This document shows, piece by piece, positions 54,694-64,000 of a stretch of 64,000 nt of DNA. The translations under genes were made by a program, and so were the position numbers. The stretch comes from a bacterium (lineage in GTDB: Bacteria; Vulcanimicrobiota; Xenobia; Xenobiales; JADMJV01): positions 472-64,471 of the forward strand of contig JAFEBA010000015.1 of assembly GCA_018266105.1 (NCBI GenBank), written 5' to 3'. Under the pieces are notes generated by a model. That model worked only from the letters and a program-made list of their open reading frames with translations, was not told the origin of the DNA and did no database searches. How positions within the stretch are numbered: position 1 is the first letter of the stretch; each line of letters starts with the position of its first letter.

Positions 54694-55728
54694 TTAAGAA
54701 TTGCTCAGGCCGCCCCAACGCAGTGCGACCGACGCCCAGGAAAGGCCGCCGCCGAAGCCGACCAGCACGACCAGGTCGCCGTTCTGGATTCGGCCCTGTT
54801 CCAGCGCCTCGGAGAGGGCGATGGGGACCGAGCCGCAAGAGGTATTGCCGTAGTGCTCCACATTTGAAAAGACTCGCTCAAGAGGCAGGTTCAGGCGCTT
54901 GCGCGAGGCCTCAATGATCCGGGCATTGGCCTGGTGAGGAATGAACAGGGCCACCTGTTCGGAGGTCAGGCCGGCGTTTTCCAGGGCTTTGATGGCCGCT
55001 TCGCCCATCACCGAAACCGCAAAGCGAAAGACCTCCGGTCCTTCCATTTGCAGATAGTAGTCGCCCGGGTTGACGCCTTCGCTCCAGCTCGGCAGGCGGC
55101 TGCCACCGGCTTTGACCGTAAGATTGGGGCCGCCGGCTCCGTTGACGCCGGTATGCACCCCGATGATTCCGTAGCCTGGTTCAACCGGACCCAGCACCAC
55201 CGCTCCCGCTCCGTCTCCGAAGAGCACGCAGGTGCTGCGGTCCTTCCAGTTCATCAGGCGGGTCATGCAGTCGGCACCGACCACCAGCACGCGTTGAAAG
55301 GTTCCGCTGGCCACAAACTGAGCGCCGGTGACCAGTGCGTAAACGAAGCCGGAGCAGGCAATATTCAGGTCAAATCCGCCGGCCTTGCTGGCTCCAAGCT
55401 GGTGTTGCACCATGCTGGCTGTGGCCGGCATGGGGCAGTCCGGGGTCATGGTGGCAACAATGATCAGGTCCAGATCCTCGGCCCGGGTCCCCGAGGCCTG
55501 TAGCGCTCGGCGGGCAGCTTCCACCGCCAGGTCAGAGGTGGCCTGGTCAGGTCGAGCCCGACGCCGTGCCCGGATGCCCGTCCGTCCCACGATCCATTCG
55601 TCCGTGGTGTCGACGAATTTGGTCAGATCCTGGTTGGTGACGACTTCTTCGGGGACAAAATGACCCACCCCAAGGATACCGACTGGTGTCTTGTAGCCTT
55701 GGGGTGAGTTGGGTGCCTGCGATGTCAC
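54694..55728 (-). CDS. fabH: 3-oxoacyl-[ACP] synthase III.
   Basis: Catalytic triad contexts ACSGF, HQAN and GNTS. Confidence 0.9.
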   Translation of the reverse strand: MTSQAPNSPQGYKTPVGILGVGHFVPEEVVTNQDLTKFVDTTDEWIVGRTGIRARRRARPDQATSDLAVEAARRALQASGTRAEDLDLIIVATMTPDCPMPATASMVQHQLGASKAGGFDLNIACSGFVYALVTGAQFVASGTFQRVLVVGADCMTRLMNWKDRSTCVLFGDGAGAVVLGPVEPGYGIIGVHTGVNGAGGPNLTVKAGGSRLPSWSEGVNPGDYYLQMEGPEVFRFAVSVMGEAAIKALENAGLTSEQVALFIPHQANARIIEASRKRLNLPLERVFSNVEHYGNTSCGSVPIALSEALEQGRIQNGDLVVLVGFGGGLSWASVALRWGGLSNS

Positions 55729-55734
55729 GCGAGG

Positions 55735-55938
55735 CTAGTTAGAAGAGTCGCCCGCTTCGTCCTGCTTCAGCTGGATAACCTGACGGCCGTCGTAGGTGCC
55801 GCAGGAAAGGCACAACCGATGCGGTAGCGTGGGGGACTTGCAGCTGGGGCAGTTCACCACGTTGGGGGCCGTCAGAGCGTCGTGAGAGCGCCGGCGGCGG
55901 GTCCGCATACGGGATAATTTCCATTTTGGATTGGCCAC
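55735..55938 (-). CDS. rpmF: 50S ribosomal protein L32.
   Basis: RRRRSHDALTA motif plus a CxxC...CxxC zinc ribbon. Confidence 0.85.
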   Translation of the reverse strand: MANPKWKLSRMRTRRRRSHDALTAPNVVNCPSCKSPTLPHRLCLSCGTYDGRQVIQLKQDEAGDSSN

Positions 55939-55951
55939 TGTGGTGAGCCTC

Positions 55952-56494
55952 CTATTTCTTCGGTTTCTTGGCTGGCTTGGGGACCGAGGTCCCGGCCTTC
56001 AAATCTTGCAGAGCCGCCCACCGGGAATCGCCTTCCTCGGGGCCGCACTGGCAGGTTTCGCGGTTCAGGTTGGTCCCGCACTGTTCACACAGTCCGCGAC
56101 AGTTCTCCGTGCACAAGGCCTGAATCGGGAACGCGGCTTCAATTTCCTGGCGGAGTAGCTCGTCGAGAACGACTTTGTCGTTTTCGAAGGTGAACGTTCC
56201 GTCCAGTAAATCTTTGGCCCGGGTCATCGCTTCCTCGCTGTGAATCGGAAGGAATTCTTCCTCCAGATCCACCTCCAGCGGATAAACGATATCCTCAGAA
56301 CAACGTGTGCAGGGAATGCGCACGGCCGTTTTGAGCGGTCCCGTCACCATCACGCGGCTGCCCGCGTTGGTGACTTTCAGGTCGAGCTTTAGCGGGCCTT
56401 CCAGGTCTATTCCTTCGAGCTTGTAAGGGCCGTCCCAGTCAAAGGACTTGGCCAACCCTTTGCTCTTGCGAATATCGCCGATTCCAACATGCAT
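55952..56494 (-). CDS. yceD: YceD/DUF177 family protein (large-subunit rRNA accumulation protein).
   Basis: Cys-rich C-terminal half (CTRCSED...C.E.C..C.QCG..L) and its conserved position just upstream of rpmF. Confidence 0.8.
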   Translation of the reverse strand: MHVGIGDIRKSKGLAKSFDWDGPYKLEGIDLEGPLKLDLKVTNAGSRVMVTGPLKTAVRIPCTRCSEDIVYPLEVDLEEEFLPIHSEEAMTRAKDLLDGTFTFENDKVVLDELLRQEIEAAFPIQALCTENCRGLCEQCGTNLNRETCQCGPEEGDSRWAALQDLKAGTSVPKPAKKPKK

Positions 56495-56580
56495 TTGCTT
56501 TACCTGCCCTCTGTTCCATCGAACAGAGATACCGGCGGATTCTACTGAAGCCGTACCGGTTTGTCAACTGTAATCGGCTT

Positions 56581-58215
56581 CTAAACGGTGGCCGGAGTAC
56601 GCCCGGCCGTGGCCCGCTTCAGCGCGGCCTCCACGAAGCCGCGGAAAAGAGGATGGGCGCGATAGGGGCGACTGCCGAATTCGGGGTGGAACTGGCAGGC
56701 CACAAACCAGGGGTGATCTTTCAGTTCCACGATTTCCACCAGGTCGCGCTCGGGGTTCAGTCCTGAAATGACCAGGCCTTTGTCCGTCAGTTGCTGGCGA
56801 TACTGATTGTTGAACTCATAGCGGTGGCGATGGCGTTCGCGCACCTGATCGACGTCGTAGACCTTCTGCGCGGCCGTGCCCGGGGTAAACTTGCAATCGT
56901 ATTCTCCCAGGCGCATACTGCCGCCCATTTTTTCGATGTTCTTCTGGTCTTCCATGGCCCAGACCACCGGGTGGGAAGTCTCTGGAGCCACCTCCGTGCT
57001 GTTGGCTTCGGTCAGGCCGCAGACGTTGCGTGCGAATTCAACCACCGCCCACTGCATCCCGTAGCAGATCCCGAAATAGGGGACTTTTTCGGTGCGAGCA
57101 TGCTCGATGGCGCGGATCTTGCCTTCCACACCACGAGCTCCGAAGCCGCCAGGAACCAGAATGCCGTGAGCGCTGCGCAAGGTCTCCATGCCGGAGCCCG
57201 AGAGCAATTCGCCGGCGTCCAGTCGGTCGATATGCACCTGGCAGCCGCAGGCGATGCCGGCGTGCTGTAGGGCCTCGGCGATGGACATATAGGCGTCCTT
57301 GATTTCGACATACTTGCCCACCAGGCAGATGCGCACTTTGTCGGTTGCGGTTTTCATGCGGCGCAGCATGGTTTTCCAGTTTTCCAGGTCAGGAGCTTTG
57401 CACTCCAGGCCCAGTCGCTGCACGGTGAAGTCGCCCAGGCCTTCTTGTTCCAGCATCAAGGGCACGTCGTAGATACTGGCTACGTCCGGGCAGGCGAAGA
57501 CGGCCTTGGTGGGGACGTCGCCATAGAGGGCGATCTTGCGGATGTGTTCCTGTCCCGGCGGCTTTTCGGTGCGGCATACCAGCACGTCGGGGGCGATACC
57601 AATGGCTCGCAGTTCTTTGACCGAATGCTGGGTTGGCTTGGTTTTGAGTTCGCCGGCCGCGCCCAGGTGGGGGAGCAGGGTCACGTGCAGATACATGACG
57701 CGCTCGTGTCCCACGTCGTTCTTGAACTGGCGGATGGCCTCCAGGAAGGGCAGGCTTTCGATGTCGCCCACGGTGCCGCCCACCTCGACGATGGCTACGT
57801 CGGCGTCGCTTTCCTCGGCAACCTGGTGGATGAACTCTTTGATCTGGTCGGTGATGTGGGGGATCACCCGCACGGTGTCGCCCAGGTAATCGCCTTTGCG
57901 CTCGCGCTCGATGACCCGGCCATAGATTTTGCCTGTGGTCAGATTGTTTTTTGCTTTGAGATTTTCGTCGATGTAGCGCTCGTAGTGGCCCAGGTCCAGG
58001 TCGGTTTCGGCTCCGTCCACGGTGACGAAGACTTCGCCGTGCTGGTAGGGGTTCATGGTGCCGGCGTCCACGTTAATGTAGGGATCAAGCTTCTGAATCG
58101 TCACTTTCAGGCCGCGGGCCTTCAGCAAAGTGCCCAGGGAGCTGGCCACGATGCCCTTTCCTAGCGACGATACGACGCCGCCGGTGACGAACAGATAGCG
58201 GGTTTTCTTACTCAT
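56581..58215 (-). CDS. pyrG: CTP synthase.
   Basis: N-terminal synthetase domain ([15 protein letters not shown]). C-terminal glutamine amidotransferase with GICYGMQ and HPEF. Confidence 0.95.
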   Translation of the reverse strand: MSKKTRYLFVTGGVVSSLGKGIVASSLGTLLKARGLKVTIQKLDPYINVDAGTMNPYQHGEVFVTVDGAETDLDLGHYERYIDENLKAKNNLTTGKIYGRVIERERKGDYLGDTVRVIPHITDQIKEFIHQVAEESDADVAIVEVGGTVGDIESLPFLEAIRQFKNDVGHERVMYLHVTLLPHLGAAGELKTKPTQHSVKELRAIGIAPDVLVCRTEKPPGQEHIRKIALYGDVPTKAVFACPDVASIYDVPLMLEQEGLGDFTVQRLGLECKAPDLENWKTMLRRMKTATDKVRICLVGKYVEIKDAYMSIAEALQHAGIACGCQVHIDRLDAGELLSGSGMETLRSAHGILVPGGFGARGVEGKIRAIEHARTEKVPYFGICYGMQWAVVEFARNVCGLTEANSTEVAPETSHPVVWAMEDQKNIEKMGGSMRLGEYDCKFTPGTAAQKVYDVDQVRERHRHRYEFNNQYRQQLTDKGLVISGLNPERDLVEIVELKDHPWFVACQFHPEFGSRPYRAHPLFRGFVEAALKRATAGRTPATV

Positions 58216-58885
58216 GTCTTAACATCATTACCTTTGTTTGGGTTGGGAGACGCGCCAGTTCGATTTCCATGGCCATCGTGGCGGCGTCTTCAACGCTGCT
58301 CATCTTGGCCGCGAAGTCCTTGAGGGTGAACTCGGCCAGTTCCATTTTTTCGATTTGGGGCGTCAAGTAGTGCATGGGGAAGACCAGGCGCGGCTCCAAC
58401 TGAGAAATCACCAGGGAAGCCTCGGTGGGGTTGAGGGTGATTTTTCCGCCCACGGGGCAGAAAAGCACGTCCACCTTGCCCAGGATCTTTAGTTGCTGGT
58501 CGGTGAGCAGGTGGCCCAGGTCGCCCAGGTGGGCGAAGTGGATGCCTTCCCAATACCAGTGCCAGACGGTGTTGGGGCCGCGGCGGCGGCCATTGAAGTT
58601 GTCATGAAAGGTGGGGAGGCCGTGAAAGGTCAGGGTCTCCTTGGTGCGTTGGACCATCACTTCTTGTTCACACATGAAGTCGTGGGTGCGCTTCACCAGC
58701 ATAGGGTTGCCGTTGACTCGGTAGTCGGCATTGTGATCCCGGTGTTCGTGGCTGATCACCACCACATCCGCTTCCAAAGGTGGGAAATTGTAGGGAAGGT
58801 GGGTGCCGTAAGGGTCAATCACTACTGAAGTCGCTTTTCCCGAGCTGATCCAGAAACTGGAATGACCTAAATAGCGAACAATCAT
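58208..58885 (-). CDS. Metallo-beta-lactamase-fold hydrolase.
   Basis: [15 protein letters not shown]...VVIDPY..., then HEHRDH (HxHxDH zinc motif). It overlaps the pyrG start by 8 nt. Confidence 0.7.
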   Translation of the reverse strand: MIVRYLGHSSFWISSGKATSVVIDPYGTHLPYNFPPLEADVVVISHEHRDHNADYRVNGNPMLVKRTHDFMCEQEVMVQRTKETLTFHGLPTFHDNFNGRRRGPNTVWHWYWEGIHFAHLGDLGHLLTDQQLKILGKVDVLFCPVGGKITLNPTEASLVISQLEPRLVFPMHYLTPQIEKMELAEFTLKDFAAKMSSVEDAATMAMEIELARLPTQTKVMMLRHE

Positions 58886-58915
58886 CGGTTCCTCCTGGTG
58901 CTTGAAACGAGCGGC

Positions 58916-59164
58916 TTAACTGGCGACGGCGGGAGCGATCATGACGACCTGGTTCTTGTTGATGGCAACAAAATCCAGGGTGTCCAGCGGAGCTTCCCCG
59001 TCCAGGGAGTAGATGGACGCCCTGGTGATGGGGATGAACTCCCGCTCTTTATTTACCTCGTCGAGCAGTCGACCGCCCGGAACCACGTGGATATAGCCCT
59101 CCACACGATATGTGCTGGTGAGCAGGATGACCCGAATCGATTCTTTGACGGCACGAACGGCCAT
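58916..59164 (-). CDS. Small hypothetical protein (82 aa).
   Basis: Open frame with typical codon usage. No confident family assignment. Confidence 0.35.
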   Translation of the reverse strand: MAVRAVKESIRVILLTSTYRVEGYIHVVPGGRLLDEVNKEREFIPITRASIYSLDGEAPLDTLDFVAINKNQVVMIAPAVAS

Positions 59165-59294
59165 AGCTAATCCTCTATCCTTTTAGGCGTATCCGCGGGC
59201 GGCGGGGCCCTTTGACACGCGCGGCGTACCCCCCTCTCGACAATCGTAAGGCGCGAGTGATATAGTGGCCGGCACTCTCACTTAAGGATCATTC

Positions 59295-60566
59295 ATGCCC
59301 AGTTTGCAAGCCGACAACGTCTGGAAAGTCATTGAAGAAAACGTTCAAAGGGTCGCTGAAGACAGCGAATTGGTGCCTCCCGGGCAAAAATTCAAACTCA
59401 CCGCCGACCAGTTGCGCGGGATCAAGGAGTTAGGCGACCGTCTCGCCGAGGGTGAGAAGCGCATCCTGCTGAAAGCGCCCACCGGCTCTGGCAAAACCGA
59501 AGTTTTCTTCCGCGCCACCATCGAGCATGTGTTGCGTAACGGCGGTTTTGCGGTGGTGCTCGTGCCCACTCGCGACCTGGCTCGCCAGCAGGCCAACTAT
59601 CTGGAAGAGCGTCTGGGCGACACCGACCTGGAGGTGGTGCAGATGCACGCCGGCATTCCGCCCCGCACGCGCCGTCAGCAGTTTGATGAGATTCGTGCGG
59701 GCAAGGCTCAGGTGGTGGTTGGAAGCGCCCTGTTGCTTCAGAACTCGGGCTACCGCTGGATGCTCAATGACGCCAGCCTGGTGGTGGTGGATGACGTCAA
59801 TGCCTTTGATGAAGAGGAAGACCTCCGCTACCTGCACGGGGTCAAGACGCCGACCGTATTTGTGACCGCAACTCCTGAGGCGGTGGGACGCTTTTTGCGT
59901 CGAGAGGGTGCCATGGACAATCCGGTGGTGCTCACTCAGATGCCTTTCGATTCCCCCAAGACGGAGCTGCACGAAGAGCGCGGTGAGTGGGGCGAGAATC
60001 CGTTCCGCCAGCTTGAGCGCGCCGATGACCTGATCAAGAAGCATCTCGAGGTCGGCAGCCGCATTTACGTGATCAGCCGCACGCGCAGTCGGGTGGCCAT
60101 CATGGGTCAGTATATGCAGGATCGTTATAATGTGCCGGTCTCTATCTTGCACGGTGAGATGGCCGATACGGCCGAGCATCGCAAGCGCTTCCGCGGCAAG
60201 GGTCCGCGGGCCTCAGCCGGAGCCGGTGAAGACCGAGTGAGTATGATGAAACAGTTCCGCCAGAATGCTCCGGCCGTGCTGGTGGCCACCAATCTGGTGG
60301 GCTCCGGGCTGGACGTGCCAATGGCTGACCTGGTGGTGGTGACGGACGCCGACCACTTTGGCGTGGCCGAAATTGAGCAGCTGATGGGCCGTGTGGGTCG
60401 CCGCGAGCGCGCCTCGGATGCCTTTCTGGTACGCGGCACCTCGGCCACTCCTCCTCAAGGTCTGCAAGTCAAGGCCAATACCCGCGTACGCAATGGTAAG
60501 GTGGTGCAGACCTTCAAGTTGCAGCCTCGCTCTCGCCGCGGTTACAATCCTCGCCGCATCGTATAG
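59295..60566 (+). CDS. Superfamily-2 helicase (DEAD/DEAH-like) with a variant motif II and a basic C-terminal tail.
   Basis: Motif I APTGSGKTEV. Motif II is VVVDDVNAF (DDVN in place of DEAD/DEAH). Motif III TATPE. Motif VI QLMGRVGRRE. Arg/Lys-rich C-terminus (RSRRGYNPRRIV). Confidence 0.7.
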   Translation: MPSLQADNVWKVIEENVQRVAEDSELVPPGQKFKLTADQLRGIKELGDRLAEGEKRILLKAPTGSGKTEVFFRATIEHVLRNGGFAVVLVPTRDLARQQANYLEERLGDTDLEVVQMHAGIPPRTRRQQFDEIRAGKAQVVVGSALLLQNSGYRWMLNDASLVVVDDVNAFDEEEDLRYLHGVKTPTVFVTATPEAVGRFLRREGAMDNPVVLTQMPFDSPKTELHEERGEWGENPFRQLERADDLIKKHLEVGSRIYVISRTRSRVAIMGQYMQDRYNVPVSILHGEMADTAEHRKRFRGKGPRASAGAGEDRVSMMKQFRQNAPAVLVATNLVGSGLDVPMADLVVVTDADHFGVAEIEQLMGRVGRRERASDAFLVRGTSATPPQGLQVKANTRVRNGKVVQTFKLQPRSRRGYNPRRIV

Positions 60567-60615
60567 TTAACTTCCTGGCTATGCCCGGGAAATACGGGCT
60601 TGCTAAGCCAGAGTT

Positions 60616-61512
60616 ATGAGACCTCTGGATTCCTTTGGCCAACGCATTCTGCCCGGCTTGCGCCAGGCTCTGCAAAACCAGCCGGGCGCTCTGGTGCTTT
60701 GCGATAGCTTTGAAGGCCCAGCCGCTCACGGCAATTTCGTAGCACAGGTGGCTCGCCAGCAAGGATTTTCTGGCAAGCTGGTAGCCGTGCCCTTTGAGGA
60801 TCCCCAGGATGGCTCGGCAGCTGAGATAGGCCGACTGGTGCAAGCCTGGGGCGAGGCGGAGACGCCCGAGGGCGTACGTTCCAACCTTGCCGAATCCATG
60901 GCTCTCACCCGTCTATCGGCGCTGCGTGCCGCCACCCAACGCCTGCTGGCGGTGTCCGAGGCCGGAGCTCGCAATGTGGCCATGAACTTTTCGCTGGGCA
61001 GCTCGGCTGCCGTCTGTTTGGCGGCCGTGCTGGATATGGTCAAGAATCCAGAGACGGCCGATCAGGCCGGCCTCCAGTTAGGCAGGGCCTTTGGTCGGGA
61101 GGTGCAGACAGGCCTGGTTGAGTTGGCCTCCCGTGTCAGCCAGGATCCCCGCCTGATGCAAGCCCGCGAGGACTGGGCTCAGGCCGTGCGAGAGTTTGAG
61201 TCGCGCGGCAATTCGGTGGTGGTGGCGGCCGGAAATGATGGGGCGATGCGAGATTGGGCTCCCGGCTTGAGTCGCAGCGATCTTTGGACGCCTGAAGTCA
61301 CCGTGGTGGGAGCGCTGGAAGGCGGCGCGCCAGCGGCTTACAATTCCGAAGGTGCGAGAGTTCTGGTGGCCGGGGGTTATCGGGTGGCCGGCCAGGAAGT
61401 GCACGGAACCTCCTTTGCTGCTCCGGCCGTGGCCGCCCGGCTGGCCCAGTTGCATGGTCAATTCCCTGAGGCCAGCAGCGCTCAGGTTGAGACCCGCCTG
61501 AGCCTGTGTTAG
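60616..61512 (+). CDS. Subtilisin-like (S8) serine peptidase, compact form.
   Basis: Ordered D-H-S contexts: LCDSF (Asp), AAHGNFVA (His), NFSLGSS (oxyanion Asn), VVVAAGNDG, and HGTSFAAPAVA (Ser). Confidence 0.6.
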   Translation: MRPLDSFGQRILPGLRQALQNQPGALVLCDSFEGPAAHGNFVAQVARQQGFSGKLVAVPFEDPQDGSAAEIGRLVQAWGEAETPEGVRSNLAESMALTRLSALRAATQRLLAVSEAGARNVAMNFSLGSSAAVCLAAVLDMVKNPETADQAGLQLGRAFGREVQTGLVELASRVSQDPRLMQAREDWAQAVREFESRGNSVVVAAGNDGAMRDWAPGLSRSDLWTPEVTVVGALEGGAPAAYNSEGARVLVAGGYRVAGQEVHGTSFAAPAVAARLAQLHGQFPEASSAQVETRLSLC

Positions 61513-61522
61513 CATTGGAGTT

Positions 61523-61867
61523 ATGAAAAGCACCTCCAAAACGATGGGCGCCCTGGCCCTGAGCATGCTGGTTTTTCCCGGCACCGGCCATCTCTTGCTG
61601 GGCTACTACAAGCGTGGTCTGCTCTGGGCAGCGGTTTTCGGAGCCGTGATGGTTGGCTTTCTGGGGATCGCAGCCGTGCAGATGAGCAAGTTGAGCACCC
61701 TTATGGATGCGACCGGGGACATCACTTTCGATACTCAGCAGTTGGTGCTGGGTGCGGTGCTTGGCCTGGCCAATCTGGTGGTCTGGGCTCTGGCCGGGGC
61801 TGACACGTTTTATCTCTCTCGGCAGGTGCCGGCGGCTGCGCCAGAACAGCCCGCTAATCCCGCTTAA
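61523..61867 (+). CDS. Small hypothetical membrane protein (2-3 TM helices).
   Basis: Hydrophobic segments. Starts 11 nt after the S8 peptidase stop. Confidence 0.4.
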   Translation: MKSTSKTMGALALSMLVFPGTGHLLLGYYKRGLLWAAVFGAVMVGFLGIAAVQMSKLSTLMDATGDITFDTQQLVLGAVLGLANLVVWALAGADTFYLSRQVPAAAPEQPANPA

Positions 61868-62468
61868 CGATGATTTCGCGGCCTCGGGCCGCTTCCAGCA
61901 AATGTTCTTCGGATTCGACCCGCAGGTGCATTTTGGCGCCCTGAGGCTTGCCCAGCACGGTAACGCGAGCGCCCGGCACCAGTCCGATTTCTCGGACGCA
62001 GGCGGGGGCCTCAACCACCCGCCCCGGTTGAAACAGTTCCATGGAGCACAACTGCCCTTCTGGTCCCACCGGCGCCTGACCCGGGCGGCTGGGAATGGGC
62101 GACCCGTGCGGGTCGCAAGTCGGGCGACCTAAGATTTGGTCGATGCGGTCTTCGAACTGCTCCGAAATGAAGTGTTCAAGTCGCTCGGCCTCGGCGTGGA
62201 CCTGGTCTTCGTCGAAACCCAGGGCTTGAGTCAGGTAAAGCTCCAGCAGTCGGTGGTGGCGGATCATCTCTTGAGCAACCCGGCGGCCTGCCTCGGTTAA
62301 CTCGACTCCATGATAGCGTTCGTGGGTTAGTAACCCGCGTTCGGCCAGGCGCTTGACCATGCTTGTGACCGAGGCCGGGGCGACATCCAGGCGCTCGGCC
62401 AGAGCCTGCGTGGTGACACGTTGCAGACGTTCTTCCAGGCGGAAAATCGACTTAAGGTAGTCCTCCAT
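61854..62468 (-). CDS. DtxR/MntR-family metal-dependent transcriptional repressor with a C-terminal FeoA/SH3-like domain.
   Basis: MEDYLKSIFRLEE...TQALAERLDVAPASVTSMVKRLAERGLL is the winged-helix DtxR N-terminus. Metal-site region HAEAERLEH. Start chosen at MEDYLK; the track ORF starts 18 codons upstream. Confidence 0.8.
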   Translation of the reverse strand: MEDYLKSIFRLEERLQRVTTQALAERLDVAPASVTSMVKRLAERGLLTHERYHGVELTEAGRRVAQEMIRHHRLLELYLTQALGFDEDQVHAEAERLEHFISEQFEDRIDQILGRPTCDPHGSPIPSRPGQAPVGPEGQLCSMELFQPGRVVEAPACVREIGLVPGARVTVLGKPQGAKMHLRVESEEHLLEAARGREIIVKRD

Positions 62469-62566
62469 GGCGGGACTGAGGCTGAGCTCGGTGTCATGGC
62501 GCGCGGGGGGAGGACGTTTCACGAAGTGAATCCTAAGATCCGAGCAGAGGGCCTGTCAAATTAAAT

Positions 62567-63307
62567 TTAGCTCCTGGTTTGACGCTGATCCAGGTAGTGG
62601 TGAAAGTGCCATTGGGCGCACCAGACGCCCAGGCTGCTCCAGGCCCCGGTCTGGCCGACCAGCCAGAAACTGTCCAGCGTCAGCAGGCACGGTCTGGCCA
62701 TGGGTAGCAGGGCAGTGCCGGTGAGATTGGAGAGCAGGGCCAGCCCGCAAAGGTTGCCCAACAGATGCCACTCCGGGCGCGTGCCTGGATAGGCGTGGGC
62801 CAGCCAGGCGGCCAAAAAAAACCAGGCCAGGCCGACGAACCAGTGACTGGCGGCTCCCAGGCCGAGCAGAATTACGGGCGTGATAATGGCGCTGTAAAGG
62901 GCTACGTTCAGTCCTCCCAGGAAGCCCCCGTGGGGACTTTCGGGCTGTCGCTCGTATTCTTGCGTCTCCACATTGAATACGTGAATCAGAGTGCCCTGGG
63001 CGATCGGCCAGAAGACCACATAGGCGACCAGGGCGGCGCTGGCCAGCGAAAGCTGCCAGGGCCAATCATCCAGTTGATAATGCTGACGGAGCAGTCCGGC
63101 CAGGCTGCAGGCCAGACCTGCGCTGAACCAGGGCCAACCTGGAAAGCGAAAGCCAGCCACGGCGCTGGCCAGACTGCTGGCACAGGCTCCCACAGCCAGA
63201 GCGCGAGCCGGGTTGTCGACAGGGCCGAACAACACGCCCGCGCTAAGGAGTAAGGAGCCTAAAATCTGAGCCAGCCACACCCGCAGGCTCAGGGAGTAGC
63301 GGTGCAT
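62567..63307 (-). CDS. Hypothetical polytopic membrane protein (about 7 TM helices).
   Basis: Very hydrophobic, Trp/Leu/Ala-rich. No confident family assignment. Confidence 0.4.
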   Translation of the reverse strand: MHRYSLSLRVWLAQILGSLLLSAGVLFGPVDNPARALAVGACASSLASAVAGFRFPGWPWFSAGLACSLAGLLRQHYQLDDWPWQLSLASAALVAYVVFWPIAQGTLIHVFNVETQEYERQPESPHGGFLGGLNVALYSAIITPVILLGLGAASHWFVGLAWFFLAAWLAHAYPGTRPEWHLLGNLCGLALLSNLTGTALLPMARPCLLTLDSFWLVGQTGAWSSLGVWCAQWHFHHYLDQRQTRS

Positions 63308-63319
63308 GCTGGCTCCGGG

Positions 63320-64000
63320 CTAGTAGATTTTGCTGTCTCGCTTTTGACCGGTGTAGTCGATGTAGACCGTCTTGAGTTCGGTGAAGAAATCAATGGCCAC
63401 GGCCCCCTGTTCGCGCGCACCCACGCCGGTGTCTTTGACTCCGCCGAAGGGCAGTTGAGCTTCGCCGCCCATGGTGGGGCTGTTGACGTGAGTGATGCCG
63501 GTTTCGATCTTGTCCAGGAACTTGAAGATGCGATTCGAGTCTTTGGAGTAGATCGAGGAAGAGAGCCCGTAGCGGACGCTGTTGGCTACTTCCAGAGCTT
63601 CGTCCAGGTCCTTGACGCGCAGGATAGCCAGGACCGGGCCGAAGACTTCTTCCAGGGCCAGATGCGACTTGGGATCGACGTGGTCAAACAGGGTTGGTTC
63701 CACATAATAACCCTTGGTGAGTTCCCCCTGGTCCGAGCGCTTGCCGCCCATCAGGCATTTGGCGCCGTCTTTCTTGGCCTGCTCGATGGCCTCCAGTACC
63801 TCCCGCAGTTGAGCGGTGTCCACCACCGGGCCCAGATCGCGTCCGGGGTGGTATTCCTTCGTGCGGGCCACCAGTTTCTGCACGAATTCATCGGCTACGC
63901 TGTCGATCACGATGGCGCGAGAGGTGGCCGTGCAGCGCTGTCCGGTGGAGCCGAAGGCGCCCTGGACGGTGGCTTCGACCGCCAGATCTAGATCGGCGTC
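63320..64000 (-). CDS. Aldehyde dehydrogenase family protein, C-terminal part (partial CDS running off the window end).
   Basis: In-frame translation to the window edge contains the catalytic-Cys context GQRCTA and the ALDH C-terminal motifs ([22 protein letters not shown]). The track ORF starts at an internal GTG. Confidence 0.85.
   Translation of the reverse strand, partial: DADLDLAVEATVQGAFGSTGQRCTATSRAIVIDSVADEFVQKLVARTKEYHPGRDLGPVVDTAQLREVLEAIEQAKKDGAKCLMGGKRSDQGELTKGYYVEPTLFDHVDPKSHLALEEVFGPVLAILRVKDLDEALEVANSVRYGLSSSIYSKDSNRIFKFLDKIETGITHVNSPTMGGEAQLPFGGVKDTGVGAREQGAVAIDFFTELKTVYIDYTGQKRDSKIY

Overview
This is a high-GC (~60%), gene-dense bacterial chromosomal segment, with more than 60 predicted genes packed on both strands, many of them overlapping or translationally coupled. 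There are no rRNA or tRNA genes, no CRISPR array and no obvious transposase, integrase or prophage.

Recognisable housekeeping content:
- secD-secF.
- glgB.
- pyrG.
- A yceD-rpmF-fabH-fabG-acpP block.
- A lysine/aromatic amino-acid block: dapA, aroE, aroK, aroB, aroQ, asd, lysC.
- truB.

Signalling and secreted content:
- Abundant TPR-repeat proteins (including a 1235-aa giant).
- A type IV pilin-like gene.
- Roadblock/LC7 domain proteins.
- Two Hanks-type Ser/Thr kinases, one a predicted pseudokinase fused to a STAND-like NTPase.
- Sensor kinases with a LuxR-type regulator.
- DsbD.
- A DUF58 gene with a transglutaminase TgpA-like gene.
- A DtxR/MntR-family repressor.

This flavour is reminiscent of Myxococcota-like or other socially motile lineages, but the taxonomy cannot be fixed from sequence alone.

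The candidates most likely to be new:
- A three-gene minus-strand module (5715-12588): giant TPR protein, a 910-aa acidic Pro/Glu-repeat protein with tandem Roadblock-like domains, and a stand-alone Roadblock protein.
- A predicted dead-kinase / STAND protein embedded in a secDF-dsbD operon.
- A tandemly duplicated ~80-nt structured element between the U32 peptidase gene and aroQ.
- An aroE gene whose conserved N-terminus has no canonical start codon; CTG initiation is proposed.
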